DNA of 64,000 nt from a virus. Positions 56,370 through 64,000 of the stretch are shown here, one piece after another. Within the stretch, counting starts at the first letter, position 1. Every line of letters begins with the position of its first letter. The notes beneath the pieces are model-generated. The model had not been told where the DNA came from. It ran no database searches and saw nothing but the letters and a program-made list of their open reading frames with translations. The stretch spans positions 1-64,000 of the IMG/VR virus record IMGVR_UViG_3300032893_000029. One strand, given 5' to 3'. The translations under genes and the position numbers were made by a program.

Positions 56370-56651
56370 ATGACACCGACAGCAACAGCTTTTGCCATCC
56401 TCACCCAGCTTATGGTGATGCACGGCGCGACGCCGCTCGATGCGCCACACCGTGCGACGGACGCCGTTCTTCAGGTCCGGCTGCGTCCGGTTACAGCCAA
56501 AGGCGTCGCACTTAAGGACGCGCCCTGGACCGATGTCGCCTATTGTGCGCCGAAAGATTGCGCCGGCGCGATGTGGCAGCAATCGAACGCCCGCAAGATC
56601 ACCGATGCCATCGCGGTTCTGGTCCCGCTGGCACTGAGGAGGAAAACATGA
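56370..56651 (+). CDS. Hypothetical protein
   Basis: AGGAG RBS. Confidence 0.5.
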   Translation: MTPTATAFAILTQLMVMHGATPLDAPHRATDAVLQVRLRPVTAKGVALKDAPWTDVAYCAPKDCAGAMWQQSNARKITDAIAVLVPLALRRKT

Positions 56652-57292
56652 CTTATCTCAAACCCGGATTTCCTGAACTGCCGGTGCGGATGCGGAGCCG
56701 GCCGATCGACGATCGCGGTTATCCGGTGCCGTGGTTTGTCGGGAAAACTGACGCCGGCTGGGACTTCCGCGTCATCCGGCCGGATGGGATCGCGCTCGCC
56801 ATCCTGCGCGACACATGCTGGCTCTGTGGCGACCGGCTCGGCCGACACAAGGTTTTCTGCATCGGACCGATGTGCGCCATCACGCGGACAACATCGGAAC
56901 CGCCAAGCCATCTTGATTGTGCCGAGTTCGCGGTCAAAGCCTGCCCATTCCTTTCCAACCCCGACATGCGTCGCAGCCCGCGGCCGATGCCGGAAGGATC
57001 GAGTGATCCAGCGGGCATTCACATTCCCCGCAATCCCGGCGTGACATGCCTTTGGACGACGGAGACCTACAAAACGTTCCCTGTCGCCGGCGGCAGGCTG
57101 ATCAAGCTAGGCGATCCAAGTCATATCGCGTGGTGGGCGCGCGGACGGACGGCGACGCGCGAGGAAGTCGAGGAAAGTGTCAACACCGGACTGCCGCTTC
57201 TCCAGAAGCAGGCGATGGAAGACAGCGCAGAAGCCGTTGTCGACCTCGCCAAAAGGGCGGGCTGGTTTCGCGCAAATCTTCTACCGGCCTGA
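56648..57292 (+). CDS. Conserved hypothetical Cys/His protein
   Basis: RGYPVPWF..CWLCG..EPPSHLDCAEFAVKACPFL. Confidence 0.7.
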   Translation: MTYLKPGFPELPVRMRSRPIDDRGYPVPWFVGKTDAGWDFRVIRPDGIALAILRDTCWLCGDRLGRHKVFCIGPMCAITRTTSEPPSHLDCAEFAVKACPFLSNPDMRRSPRPMPEGSSDPAGIHIPRNPGVTCLWTTETYKTFPVAGGRLIKLGDPSHIAWWARGRTATREEVEESVNTGLPLLQKQAMEDSAEAVVDLAKRAGWFRANLLPA

Positions 57293-57294
57293 CG

Positions 57295-57561
57295 ATGGCG
57301 CTTTCACCCCATGACACCGCCAGGATCGTCGGCACGCTGACTCTGTTCCTCCGACACGAAGTCACTGACGCCGGCGGGACCCCGGAAGACGGCGCCGCCG
57401 TTCTGCGATTGATGTATGTCTCGGCGTTTTGCCTGCTGGCTCAACACGACGGCGTCAAGCGCGATGTCGCCACGGCCGCCCTTTTGAAAACCACCTATGA
57501 CGCTTTCGTGCCGGCGTGGCATATCGCGATCGATATCGCGAATGGAAAGAGACCGCGATGA
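57295..57561 (+). CDS. Hypothetical protein
   Basis: ORF in operon. Confidence 0.5.
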   Translation: MALSPHDTARIVGTLTLFLRHEVTDAGGTPEDGAAVLRLMYVSAFCLLAQHDGVKRDVATAALLKTTYDAFVPAWHIAIDIANGKRPR

Positions 57562-59312
57562 CCAGCTTCCCAATCCCTGACGCCGTTCTAGCCCGTCACA
57601 TCGCGGTGCTGGGACAGACCGAGTCCGGAAAGACCTACGACAGCAAAAGCATTGTCGAGCACCTTGTCGGCGAGGGCTACCGCGTCTGCATCCTCGATAC
57701 CGTCAAGTCGGACTGGTGGGGCCTGACATCTTCCGCCAGCGGCAAGCGGCCCGGTCTGCCATTCAAAATCCTTGGCGGTCCGCGCGGGCATGTGCCGCTG
57801 CACGCCGGTGCCGGCAAGCCGATCGGCGAGCTCGTCGCCCGGGGCAAGTTGCCGCTGTCGATCATCGACATGCAGGATTTCGACATGGGCGAGCCGCAGG
57901 CCTTCTTTGTCGACTTCGCCAAGGCGCTGTTCAGGAACGTCAAGGGTGTAGTCTATCTCGTCATCGAGGAAGCCCATGAACTCGCGCCGAAAGAACGTGT
58001 CGGCGCCGACAAAGAGAACATGGCGGTGTATTGGGCGAAGAAGCTCGCCACGGCGAGCCGGACGAAAGGCATCCGGCTTCTCATCGCGTCGCAGCGGACC
58101 CAGGCCGTCCACAACGCGCTGCTGGGTAGCTGCGGGACGATGATTGCGCACTGTCTGCAACTGCCGGCCGATCAGAAACCGGTGAAAGACTGGCTTAAGG
58201 CCAACGTCGCCGACAAGGAGCTCTATCAGAAGATCGAGGGTGATCTTGCCTTTCTGCAAAGCGGCCACGCCTGGGTGTGTTCAGCAAAGGCCGGTTATTT
58301 TGAGAAGGTCCACTTCCCGAAGATCGCGACGTTTGACAACACCGCAACCCCGGACAAGGACAGCGGTGACTTCGATGTCGCCACGGCGCCGGTCGATGCC
58401 GATGAACTCAGGGCCATCATCGGCGATGCGATCAAGCAAGCCGAAGCCAATGATCCGGTGTTCCTGAAGAAGCGGATTGCCGAGCTCGAGCAAAAGCTGC
58501 GGAATCCGGTCTCGCTGGCGCCGCTGGTTCCGGCGGTCTCGACCGCTGATCTTACGGCCGCGACATGGAAGGGGTTCCGGGAAGGCTTTGAGAAAGGCAA
58601 GATCGCCGGCGATGCGGAGGCGCGTGTCCGCATCTACCGCGAATTGGTGGATCTGTTCGGCAAGAACATGGCGCAATTCGACGGTGCGCTGGCGACCGCG
58701 GCGAGCGATCTTGCCAAAGCGAGCTCCGGCCTCGAGCCAACGCTGAACGCGCCGCCGATGGTAAAGCCGCCGGAATCGGCCGGCAAAGCGCCTGATGCCG
58801 TCATCCGGACCGTTGAACCGCCTAGCGATCTGCCGAAGGCTATGCGCCGCGTGCTCGATGCAATCGCATGGTGGCGCAACATGGGGATCGAGCCTGTCGA
58901 GAAGAAGCGCGCCTGCATTGCCTGCGGTCTGTCGACGAAGGCTTCGACATTCGGCGTCTATCTTTCGAAGCTGAAAGAGCTCGGCTACATCGAAGTCGAA
59001 TCGCCAATGGTGAAGCTGACGCCGGCGGGCTTGGCGCTTGCCAATCCGCCGTTCGCGACGACGAATGAAGGCCTTTATCGCGTCGCCAGGGACATCCTGG
59101 ACAGCCAGCCGCAAAAGGTGTTCGAGCTCGTCTACAGTCGGCATCCGATCGCGGTCGACAAGGCGTGGCTCGCCGAAAGGATGAATCTCAGCCTCACCGC
59201 CAGCACGCTTGGCGTCTACATCAGCAAGGCGGCAAGCGTCGGGCTGCTCGAGACCCACAAGGGCGGCTTGGTATCGGTTCCGGCGTGGCTGTTCCCTGAA
59301 GGTGGCGCATGA
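57558..59312 (+). CDS. HerA/FtsK-like (DUF87) ATPase with C-terminal wHTH
   Basis: HIAVLGQTESGKT, VIEEAHELAP, IASQR. Confidence 0.82.
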   Translation: MTSFPIPDAVLARHIAVLGQTESGKTYDSKSIVEHLVGEGYRVCILDTVKSDWWGLTSSASGKRPGLPFKILGGPRGHVPLHAGAGKPIGELVARGKLPLSIIDMQDFDMGEPQAFFVDFAKALFRNVKGVVYLVIEEAHELAPKERVGADKENMAVYWAKKLATASRTKGIRLLIASQRTQAVHNALLGSCGTMIAHCLQLPADQKPVKDWLKANVADKELYQKIEGDLAFLQSGHAWVCSAKAGYFEKVHFPKIATFDNTATPDKDSGDFDVATAPVDADELRAIIGDAIKQAEANDPVFLKKRIAELEQKLRNPVSLAPLVPAVSTADLTAATWKGFREGFEKGKIAGDAEARVRIYRELVDLFGKNMAQFDGALATAASDLAKASSGLEPTLNAPPMVKPPESAGKAPDAVIRTVEPPSDLPKAMRRVLDAIAWWRNMGIEPVEKKRACIACGLSTKASTFGVYLSKLKELGYIEVESPMVKLTPAGLALANPPFATTNEGLYRVARDILDSQPQKVFELVYSRHPIAVDKAWLAERMNLSLTASTLGVYISKAASVGLLETHKGGLVSVPAWLFPEGGA

Positions 59313-59515
59313 TCTTCCGCCGCGACAACGGCAGGGTGTCCTTCCGCTGCAATCTCACCGGCTGCGAGACGACGATCGACACCGACCAGACCGATATCTG
59401 GCTCGCCGCCGATGTGCCGGAGAAGGCCGGATGGATCTGTATGAAGCGCGGGAAATACTGGACGCATTTCTGCTGTGCAGCGCATAGCGAAGCCCATTAC
59501 GGAGCCATCCTATGA
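59309..59515 (+). CDS. Hypothetical protein
   Basis: CNLTGC..GW..HFC. Confidence 0.55.
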   Translation: MIFRRDNGRVSFRCNLTGCETTIDTDQTDIWLAADVPEKAGWICMKRGKYWTHFCCAAHSEAHYGAIL

Positions 59516-59784
59516 AATGCCAGATCGTCAAGGGACCCGGCGGATCGGCCATGATCATCTGCGGCTCGCGCCGGCAGAACGCGCTGACATGCGCGTTCTG
59601 TTCGGCAAAGGCGACACGGCTCTGCGATTTTGTCGTCGAACCACGCGTCGGGCATGTGCCACCGAAAACCTGTGACAAGCCGCTCTGCACGGCTTGCGCT
59701 GTCAGGTTCGGCACCGACAGCGATTCCTGCCCGGACCATCCGATTCCCGATGGCGCCGGCGAACAGCTTAAACTTGAGATCTGA
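59512..59784 (+). CDS. Cys-rich hypothetical protein
   Basis: C..C..LCD..TCDKPLC..C..CPDH. Confidence 0.65.
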   Translation: MKCQIVKGPGGSAMIICGSRRQNALTCAFCSAKATRLCDFVVEPRVGHVPPKTCDKPLCTACAVRFGTDSDSCPDHPIPDGAGEQLKLEI

Positions 59785-59934
59785 AAGGAGCATCGTGTGA
59801 TTGATAAGTTTGAGCCACAGAGGCCGCAGTACACCGCTCACATCGTCGATTGGATGCTATGGCAATTTCGTTTCCGCGTGCTAGTGCGGCCAGAGAGCCT
59901 CGTAAACCTGAACGTCCTCTAAGGAGAAAAAGCG

Positions 59935-60309
59935 ATGTTTGACGAAAACGATGTCGTCGAGGTCCGCCGCTGCGTCGGCTGCGGCTGCACCGATCGCCGT
60001 GCCTGCCCGGAGGGCTGCTACTGGATCAAGCCGGATCTGTGCAGCACATGCTGGGCCGCGGAAGTCGATCCTCTCATCGAGGCTGCACTGGACTGGTCGA
60101 ACAGCGTGGCGGAGCGCGGCAACAGCCAGTCCGACACGTTTGCCGGCCGGATCGGCGACAGGCCTTGCCGGATAGAGGCCACGCCGAGCGCGATCCGGGT
60201 GTTCGATCACTTGCAGGTTGAAATCTTCTCTGTCGAGGCCGACGGCTGGCGGATGCTGCCGGCGTACCATCCGCGGGAACTGATGCCGCTGTTCGAGACC
60301 GCGCGATGA
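59935..60309 (+). CDS. Hypothetical protein with zinc-ribbon
   Basis: CVGCGCTDRRACPEGCYW..LCSTC; AGGAG RBS. Confidence 0.7.
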   Translation: MFDENDVVEVRRCVGCGCTDRRACPEGCYWIKPDLCSTCWAAEVDPLIEAALDWSNSVAERGNSQSDTFAGRIGDRPCRIEATPSAIRVFDHLQVEIFSVEADGWRMLPAYHPRELMPLFETAR

Positions 60310-60761
60310 ACCCGTTCGAAGCCCTTCTTGTCAGCACCGCCGGCGCAATCGCCGGGGCGATCGTTCTCGAGCTCCAATGGCGGCTCGCATTCCAGAAGGG
60401 GCTTAAGGCCGGCAGCACGATTAAGGTCGCATTCGAAAAGCTGCTGCCGGCGCCGCCATCGGAGCTCTATGTCGATGTCATCGATCCGGAGGGCGCCGTG
60501 CTTGGGACGAAGAAGGCCGGCTTCTACATCGATGACGACGGCAATCTCTGCAACGCCGCCGATGTTGAAATCTTCGTCGGCGCCATTCCGTCGGCCCTTT
60601 TCTTCGTCATCCGGGCGGAATCCGCCCGCTGCATCATGCGGGCCACGCCGGCGACGTTTGACAATAAGGACGTGATCGGCAAAAACACCGTTGTCATACG
60701 GCGCGACGAAATATCGCTTCACATCGTTCCGCCGAAGAAGTCGGAAAGCCGAGTGTCATGA
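60306..60761 (+). CDS. Hypothetical protein
   Basis: Coupled ORF. Confidence 0.55.
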   Translation: MNPFEALLVSTAGAIAGAIVLELQWRLAFQKGLKAGSTIKVAFEKLLPAPPSELYVDVIDPEGAVLGTKKAGFYIDDDGNLCNAADVEIFVGAIPSALFFVIRAESARCIMRATPATFDNKDVIGKNTVVIRRDEISLHIVPPKKSESRVS

Positions 60762-60961
60762 ACGCCTACATCGTGGTTTCCAATCTGCTCGAGATCGCCA
60801 GGCAGCGCGAACATCAGGCGCACGCCCGGCGCTTCGAAGCGCAGGAATCGGCAATGGTGGAGGTCGGCGACATCCGCGGCCGCGCCGCTGTGCTCACCAG
60901 GGCATTGACCGGCGGCTACGCCGCGAGTCTTCCGGCGTCGCTGATCCACCGCGCTGCCTAA
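60758..60961 (+). CDS. Hypothetical protein
   Basis: Last gene before the terminator. Confidence 0.5.
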   Translation: MNAYIVVSNLLEIARQREHQAHARRFEAQESAMVEVGDIRGRAAVLTRALTGGYAASLPASLIHRAA

Positions 60962-60963
60962 AC

Positions 60964-60993
60964 AAAAAGACCCCCGGATTTCTCCGGGGGTCT
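60964..60993. terminator. Terminator hairpin at the convergence point
   Basis: AGACCCCCGGA/TCCGGGGGTCT with T-run on the minus strand. Confidence 0.75.
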
Positions 60994-61145
60994 CTAGAGC
61001 ACCGGCTTTCGCCGTCTGCCTTCACCATAGGATGCCCTACATCAGAACTGCAGGAGCATCAGCTTTCTTCGTCTTTCAGCCACCAGGACCGTTGTCGTGT
61101 TTGTCATGAAAACGACTCCTCTGTTTCGACTCGCACCCTGCCATA

Positions 61146-61179
61146 GAAAAAGGGCCCGGAGCTATGGCGCCCGGGCCCT
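61146..61179 (-). terminator. Terminator after the tmRNA coding piece
   Basis: GGGCCCGG/CCGGGCCC followed by TTTT on the minus strand. Confidence 0.65.
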
Positions 61180-61184
61180 CTCCT

Positions 61185-61500
61185 TCTGTTGCCAGGGCCC
61201 CTTAAGGGGCCCCCGGAGCTCAGGCCGCTACGCGGTCCGCTCCAGCGAACGTATTGTCGTTCGCATCTATGTTGCCCGCGGGTCTCCTGTGAGGCCTTCC
61301 CGCCCGTCGATCCTGTTTCGTCCCCTTATCGCCCACCGGCCAGACTGGTTACTGGGGCAATTCTGCCGCAAGCGGCGCGACCGTCGGTCCCCCGAGCGGA
61401 CTCGCGATGGGCGTTTCGGTGCCAACCGAAACTGGTGGAGACGCCGGGTACCGCCCCCGGGTCCGGCTCGATCCGTCCTCACGATCACTGATTTGCGAGC
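61185..61500 (-). ncRNA. ssrA: Two-piece (circularly permuted) tmRNA; outer ends approximate
   Basis: Acceptor piece ends CCCGGCGTCTCCACCA at 61433; coding piece starts GGGGACGAAACAGGATCGAC at 61325; G3-U70 pair; tag ANDNTFAGADRVAA* at 61264-61220; GGCAACAGAA near the 3' end. Confidence 0.92.
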
Positions 61501-61528
61501 GGCGGGACCATAGCGCCGGCGCGGACAA

Positions 61529-61557
61529 GAAAAAAGCCCCGGCCGGAGCCGGGGCTG
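61529..61557 (-). terminator. Terminator after the lysis genes
   Basis: AGCCCCGGC/GCCGGGGCT followed by a T-run on the minus strand. Confidence 0.75.
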
Positions 61558-61613
61558 AAGTCTGAAGCGTACTCTGATGTCCCGCGAATCGGCGAAGCGA
61601 TTCGAAGCCCGAT

Positions 61614-61919
61614 TTATCGATGACCCCGCAGTTCTGTCAATTGCCGTCGCTGTCGGCCGCGGGCGAGATAGGGTCTCAAAAAGAACATGACACCGACGAC
61701 GAGAACGCAGGCGTGCATTCCGAGGATGCACCATCTGGCGCCCCCGATCGCAATCGGAAATTCTGCAAGATGGCTTACAGCCAGCACGAGCGAGCAATAC
61801 AGCCAGATTGCAACCGTCACTCTCATCCATATCGGATGATCGGCATAATCGCGCAAAAACACTGCAACCACGAAGAATGTACCGATCAAAAGAAGGATGG
61901 CGTCGAGACGCAGGAACAT
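61614..61919 (-). CDS. Membrane protein (3 TM; holin/antiholin-like)
   Basis: Three hydrophobic helices and a basic C-terminal tail. Confidence 0.55.
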   Translation of the reverse strand: MFLRLDAILLLIGTFFVVAVFLRDYADHPIWMRVTVAIWLYCSLVLAVSHLAEFPIAIGGARWCILGMHACVLVVGVMFFLRPYLARGRQRRQLTELRGHR

Positions 61920-62233
61920 TACTGCTCTCCTTTACTGATGCCTCTTAAACGTTTCAGCACACCGATGGGGTCTTGCCTTATAGCGTTCACGCCGGCGATG
62001 GCGCCGCCGCAAAGACCCATGCCGGTCAGCCCGAAGAAAAATCCGAACGCACCGATCCACTCGTTGTCCCAATGCAACCACTGTACCAGCGGCACCGGCA
62101 GAAGGATCGACAGCGCGGAACCGCAGAGCACGATCGACAAACCGCTAAGCCAGGTGATCCTTCCCTGAAACAGGAAGGCAATCGCGACGCCGAACATCCC
62201 CCATTCGGCACCGCCGACAGACATCTTGTCCAT
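61919..62233 (-). CDS. Putative holin
   Basis: Three TM segments; GFFFGLTGMGL..DPIGVLKRLRG. Confidence 0.65.
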   Translation of the reverse strand: MDKMSVGGAEWGMFGVAIAFLFQGRITWLSGLSIVLCGSALSILLPVPLVQWLHWDNEWIGAFGFFFGLTGMGLCGGAIAGVNAIRQDPIGVLKRLRGISKGEQ

Positions 62234-62245
62234 GACGCAAAACCT

Positions 62246-63034
62246 TTATGCCGTGACCGCTGCCAGGTCGGATTGCAGTTGTGCGAGATCGAAGCCGCTT
62301 GGTGCAGTGCCGGATGTCCTGATCCAGTCCGGCGACAACACGGCGTAGGCTTCATCGGCGTATGCGGCGAGCCACGCCCATGTCAGCCGCTTCGGCGCTC
62401 CCCACGTGATGCAGGTCAGCCCGTTGGCATCATAGGCGACGAGCGGCACGGCATGACCGCCCCAGGAGTCCGGTTCCCATTCGCCGGTGAGCGTGAAGCC
62501 CGGCGAAAATCCCGGTGGCACATCCCAGACATCCTGCGACTGCGCCGACAGCGGCAGAGCGACACCGATGTAGGCGGCGCCGAACAACATCAGCGTCGCC
62601 TTAACGTCGGTCTGGTTCGTGAAATCGATCGAGGCGTAGGCGTTGATTTTGTGGCCGGCGATTCCGGTCTGTCGCCAATAGTTCAGAACGTCGAGCTCGA
62701 CGCAGCCGTTGTCGGTTGAGGCGTCACCGGGGACATAGCCGCCAAGAGTTTCGTAGGCGGCGAGGATCTGTGGATCTGGCGCGATGAACTCCGTTCCGGC
62801 ATCCGCGGTCCAGAGCTCGATGCAGTGCCCGACCGCGGCGATCGTGCAATCGCCCAAGCTGTCGTTCAGCATCATCGGCCAGTTGTTCTTGACCGCGGCA
62901 GTGTAATCCACCATCGCCGGCAGCGGCGGCAGCGCTTCCGGCTTCAGATATTTCGCCAGCTTCAGCGTTCGGCTGTCGTGCCGTGGTTTCGCTTTTCCGA
63001 GTCTGCAACGGGCAGGATCGTGAAACATCGTCAT
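62246..63034 (-). CDS. Papain-like cysteine peptidase
   Basis: MLNDSLGDCTIAA, GGHAVPLVAYD, ITWG. Confidence 0.75.
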   Translation of the reverse strand: MTMFHDPARCRLGKAKPRHDSRTLKLAKYLKPEALPPLPAMVDYTAAVKNNWPMMLNDSLGDCTIAAVGHCIELWTADAGTEFIAPDPQILAAYETLGGYVPGDASTDNGCVELDVLNYWRQTGIAGHKINAYASIDFTNQTDVKATLMLFGAAYIGVALPLSAQSQDVWDVPPGFSPGFTLTGEWEPDSWGGHAVPLVAYDANGLTCITWGAPKRLTWAWLAAYADEAYAVLSPDWIRTSGTAPSGFDLAQLQSDLAAVTA

Positions 63035-63056
63035 TCCCCCTTTTTCAGATTTTACA

Positions 63057-63668
63057 TCACGTCGGTTCTAGACACAGAAGAGCGTCGCAATCCGGCGCCG
63101 GGATGAATTGCATCCCGGCAAGCCGTTTCGTTAATCTCGGATTCATTCCGATATTTTTGCTGTAGCCGTACTTCGCATAGTGGCAGCGCTTACAGAGCCC
63201 AAGCGAGTAATGCTTTCGCTCAGGGTGACATTCGGCCGGCAGATGTGCCTCGCGCCTTTTGTTCGGCCTCTCGTCCCAGCGACGGAGACAGTCCTTTATT
63301 TTTTCTGATCTTCGCGCGCCCATATAGGGCAATACCTGCCGCATTATCCGAGCAGCCGCATAGCCGCCAACTTGAGCGCGCAAAAATGGCTTCGTTCCGA
63401 GTCCATTTTTTCTTATCGGCTGACCGCTCACTCGACAATTTTCCATCAGCAGTGCTGCTCGACGGATCACATCTTCGTCTGTCATTTCGATACTAATTGC
63501 GATCGAGATACCGACGCAGTTTCGGTGTGGTCGCCAGACAAAGCTTCCTTCACCTTCAAGCAGGCCGGCGAGCCAAGCTGCTTCCAGATCGGTCAGCGCG
63601 CGTCCTTGATATATGCCTCGATTCCTTGGAGATAGAGTGTCCATCGGTGCCTCGCAAAGACCCCCCAA
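63057..63668 (-). CDS. LAGLIDADG homing endonuclease (start uncertain)
   Basis: AWLAGLLEGEGSF; C-terminal CHP..GLCKRC; lower GC. Confidence 0.8.
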   Translation of the reverse strand: MGGLCEAPMDTLSPRNRGIYQGRALTDLEAAWLAGLLEGEGSFVWRPHRNCVGISIAISIEMTDEDVIRRAALLMENCRVSGQPIRKNGLGTKPFLRAQVGGYAAARIMRQVLPYMGARRSEKIKDCLRRWDERPNKRREAHLPAECHPERKHYSLGLCKRCHYAKYGYSKNIGMNPRLTKRLAGMQFIPAPDCDALLCLEPT

Positions 63669-64000
63669 GAGTCTCCGAGTTCCGGCGCTACATCAAGCGG
63701 AATGAAATCGCGCGGCGGCACATATGGCCAACTCGGCAGTGTCGGCGGCACCATCGTTACCGGATCGTCGCCGTTCTTGTACGACGCGATTGACACCGGG
63801 CCGAGAAGATCAGCGAGCTTCTGAAAGCCGGGGCGAGGCGAACCCATTACGACGACGCGTTGCGGCCGCTTCGATCTTACTTCGTGACGTGCCGCATGAA
63901 GCAGTGCATGCGCCGCACCGAGACTATGACCGCTGATTATGACTTTTGCGCCCAAGGTCGCGTCGACCTGGTCCCAAACGGCGCTGACGCCCTTCAGAAA
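63593..64000 (-). CDS. Lipase class 3 alpha/beta-hydrolase, 5' end outside the window
   Basis: ISGHSLGAA, MGSPRPG, NGDDPVTMVP, final His in RHRW. Confidence 0.85.
   Translation of the reverse strand, partial: FLKGVSAVWDQVDATLGAKVIISGHSLGAAHALLHAARHEVRSKRPQRVVVMGSPRPGFQKLADLLGPVSIASYKNGDDPVTMVPPTLPSWPYVPPRDFIPLDVAPELGDSWGVFARHRWTLYLQGIEAYIKDAR

Noticed and set aside
61048-61130. Fluoride riboswitch-like pattern (GGAG..GCTGATGCTCCTGC)
   Set aside because: The conserved GAUG loop and AUGAC are not matched, and no fluoride-related gene follows
61433-61470. tmRNA 3' end as a prophage att site
   Set aside because: The gene is complete, both flanks are phage genes, and I saw no integrase or duplicate copy in the window
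1-64000. CRISPR array, rRNA, IS transposase, reverse transcriptase/DGR
   Set aside because: No repeat-spacer arrays, rRNA-like stretches, DDE or RT motifs noticed by eye or in the ORF track

Overview
The whole window is bacteriophage DNA (GC-rich), most likely a contractile-tailed phage of an alphaproteobacterial host; the host inference rests on a GcrA-like gene, an alpha-type two-piece tmRNA and a canonical parS. Positions 1-26.2 kb (minus strand) hold a Bcep781/Aaphi23-like morphogenesis operon: Q-like regulator, TerS, TerL, DUF1073 portal, MuF-like protein, NUDIX-DUF2213 protease/scaffold, cement, major capsid, neck, sheath, tube, chaperone, tape measure with lysozyme and baseplate. Positions 26.4-37.9 kb (plus) are early/accessory genes including RadC, ParB and HNHs. 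Positions 37.9-45 kb (minus) carry a DNA-modification cluster (Mom-like, ParB-N, GT-A glycosyltransferase, sulfotransferase-like), a replication initiator, an MT-A70 methylase and a Cro-like HTH. Positions 45-61 kb (plus) are recombination/DNA metabolism genes. Positions 61-64 kb (minus) hold a complete permuted tmRNA and a lysis-type cassette (lipase, LAGLIDADG, papain-like peptidase, holin-like genes). The most notable unannotated signals are: a ~300-nt structured RNA containing a circularly permuted tRNA-like (YrlA-like) module; the phage-borne two-piece tmRNA; a recurring UCGCAG-loop hairpin with a phage-specific promoter motif; a terminase with a second, apparently dead nuclease domain; and a glycosyltransferase plus sulfotransferase modification cassette with no visible TET. 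All family assignments come from motif recognition by eye; no database search was run.
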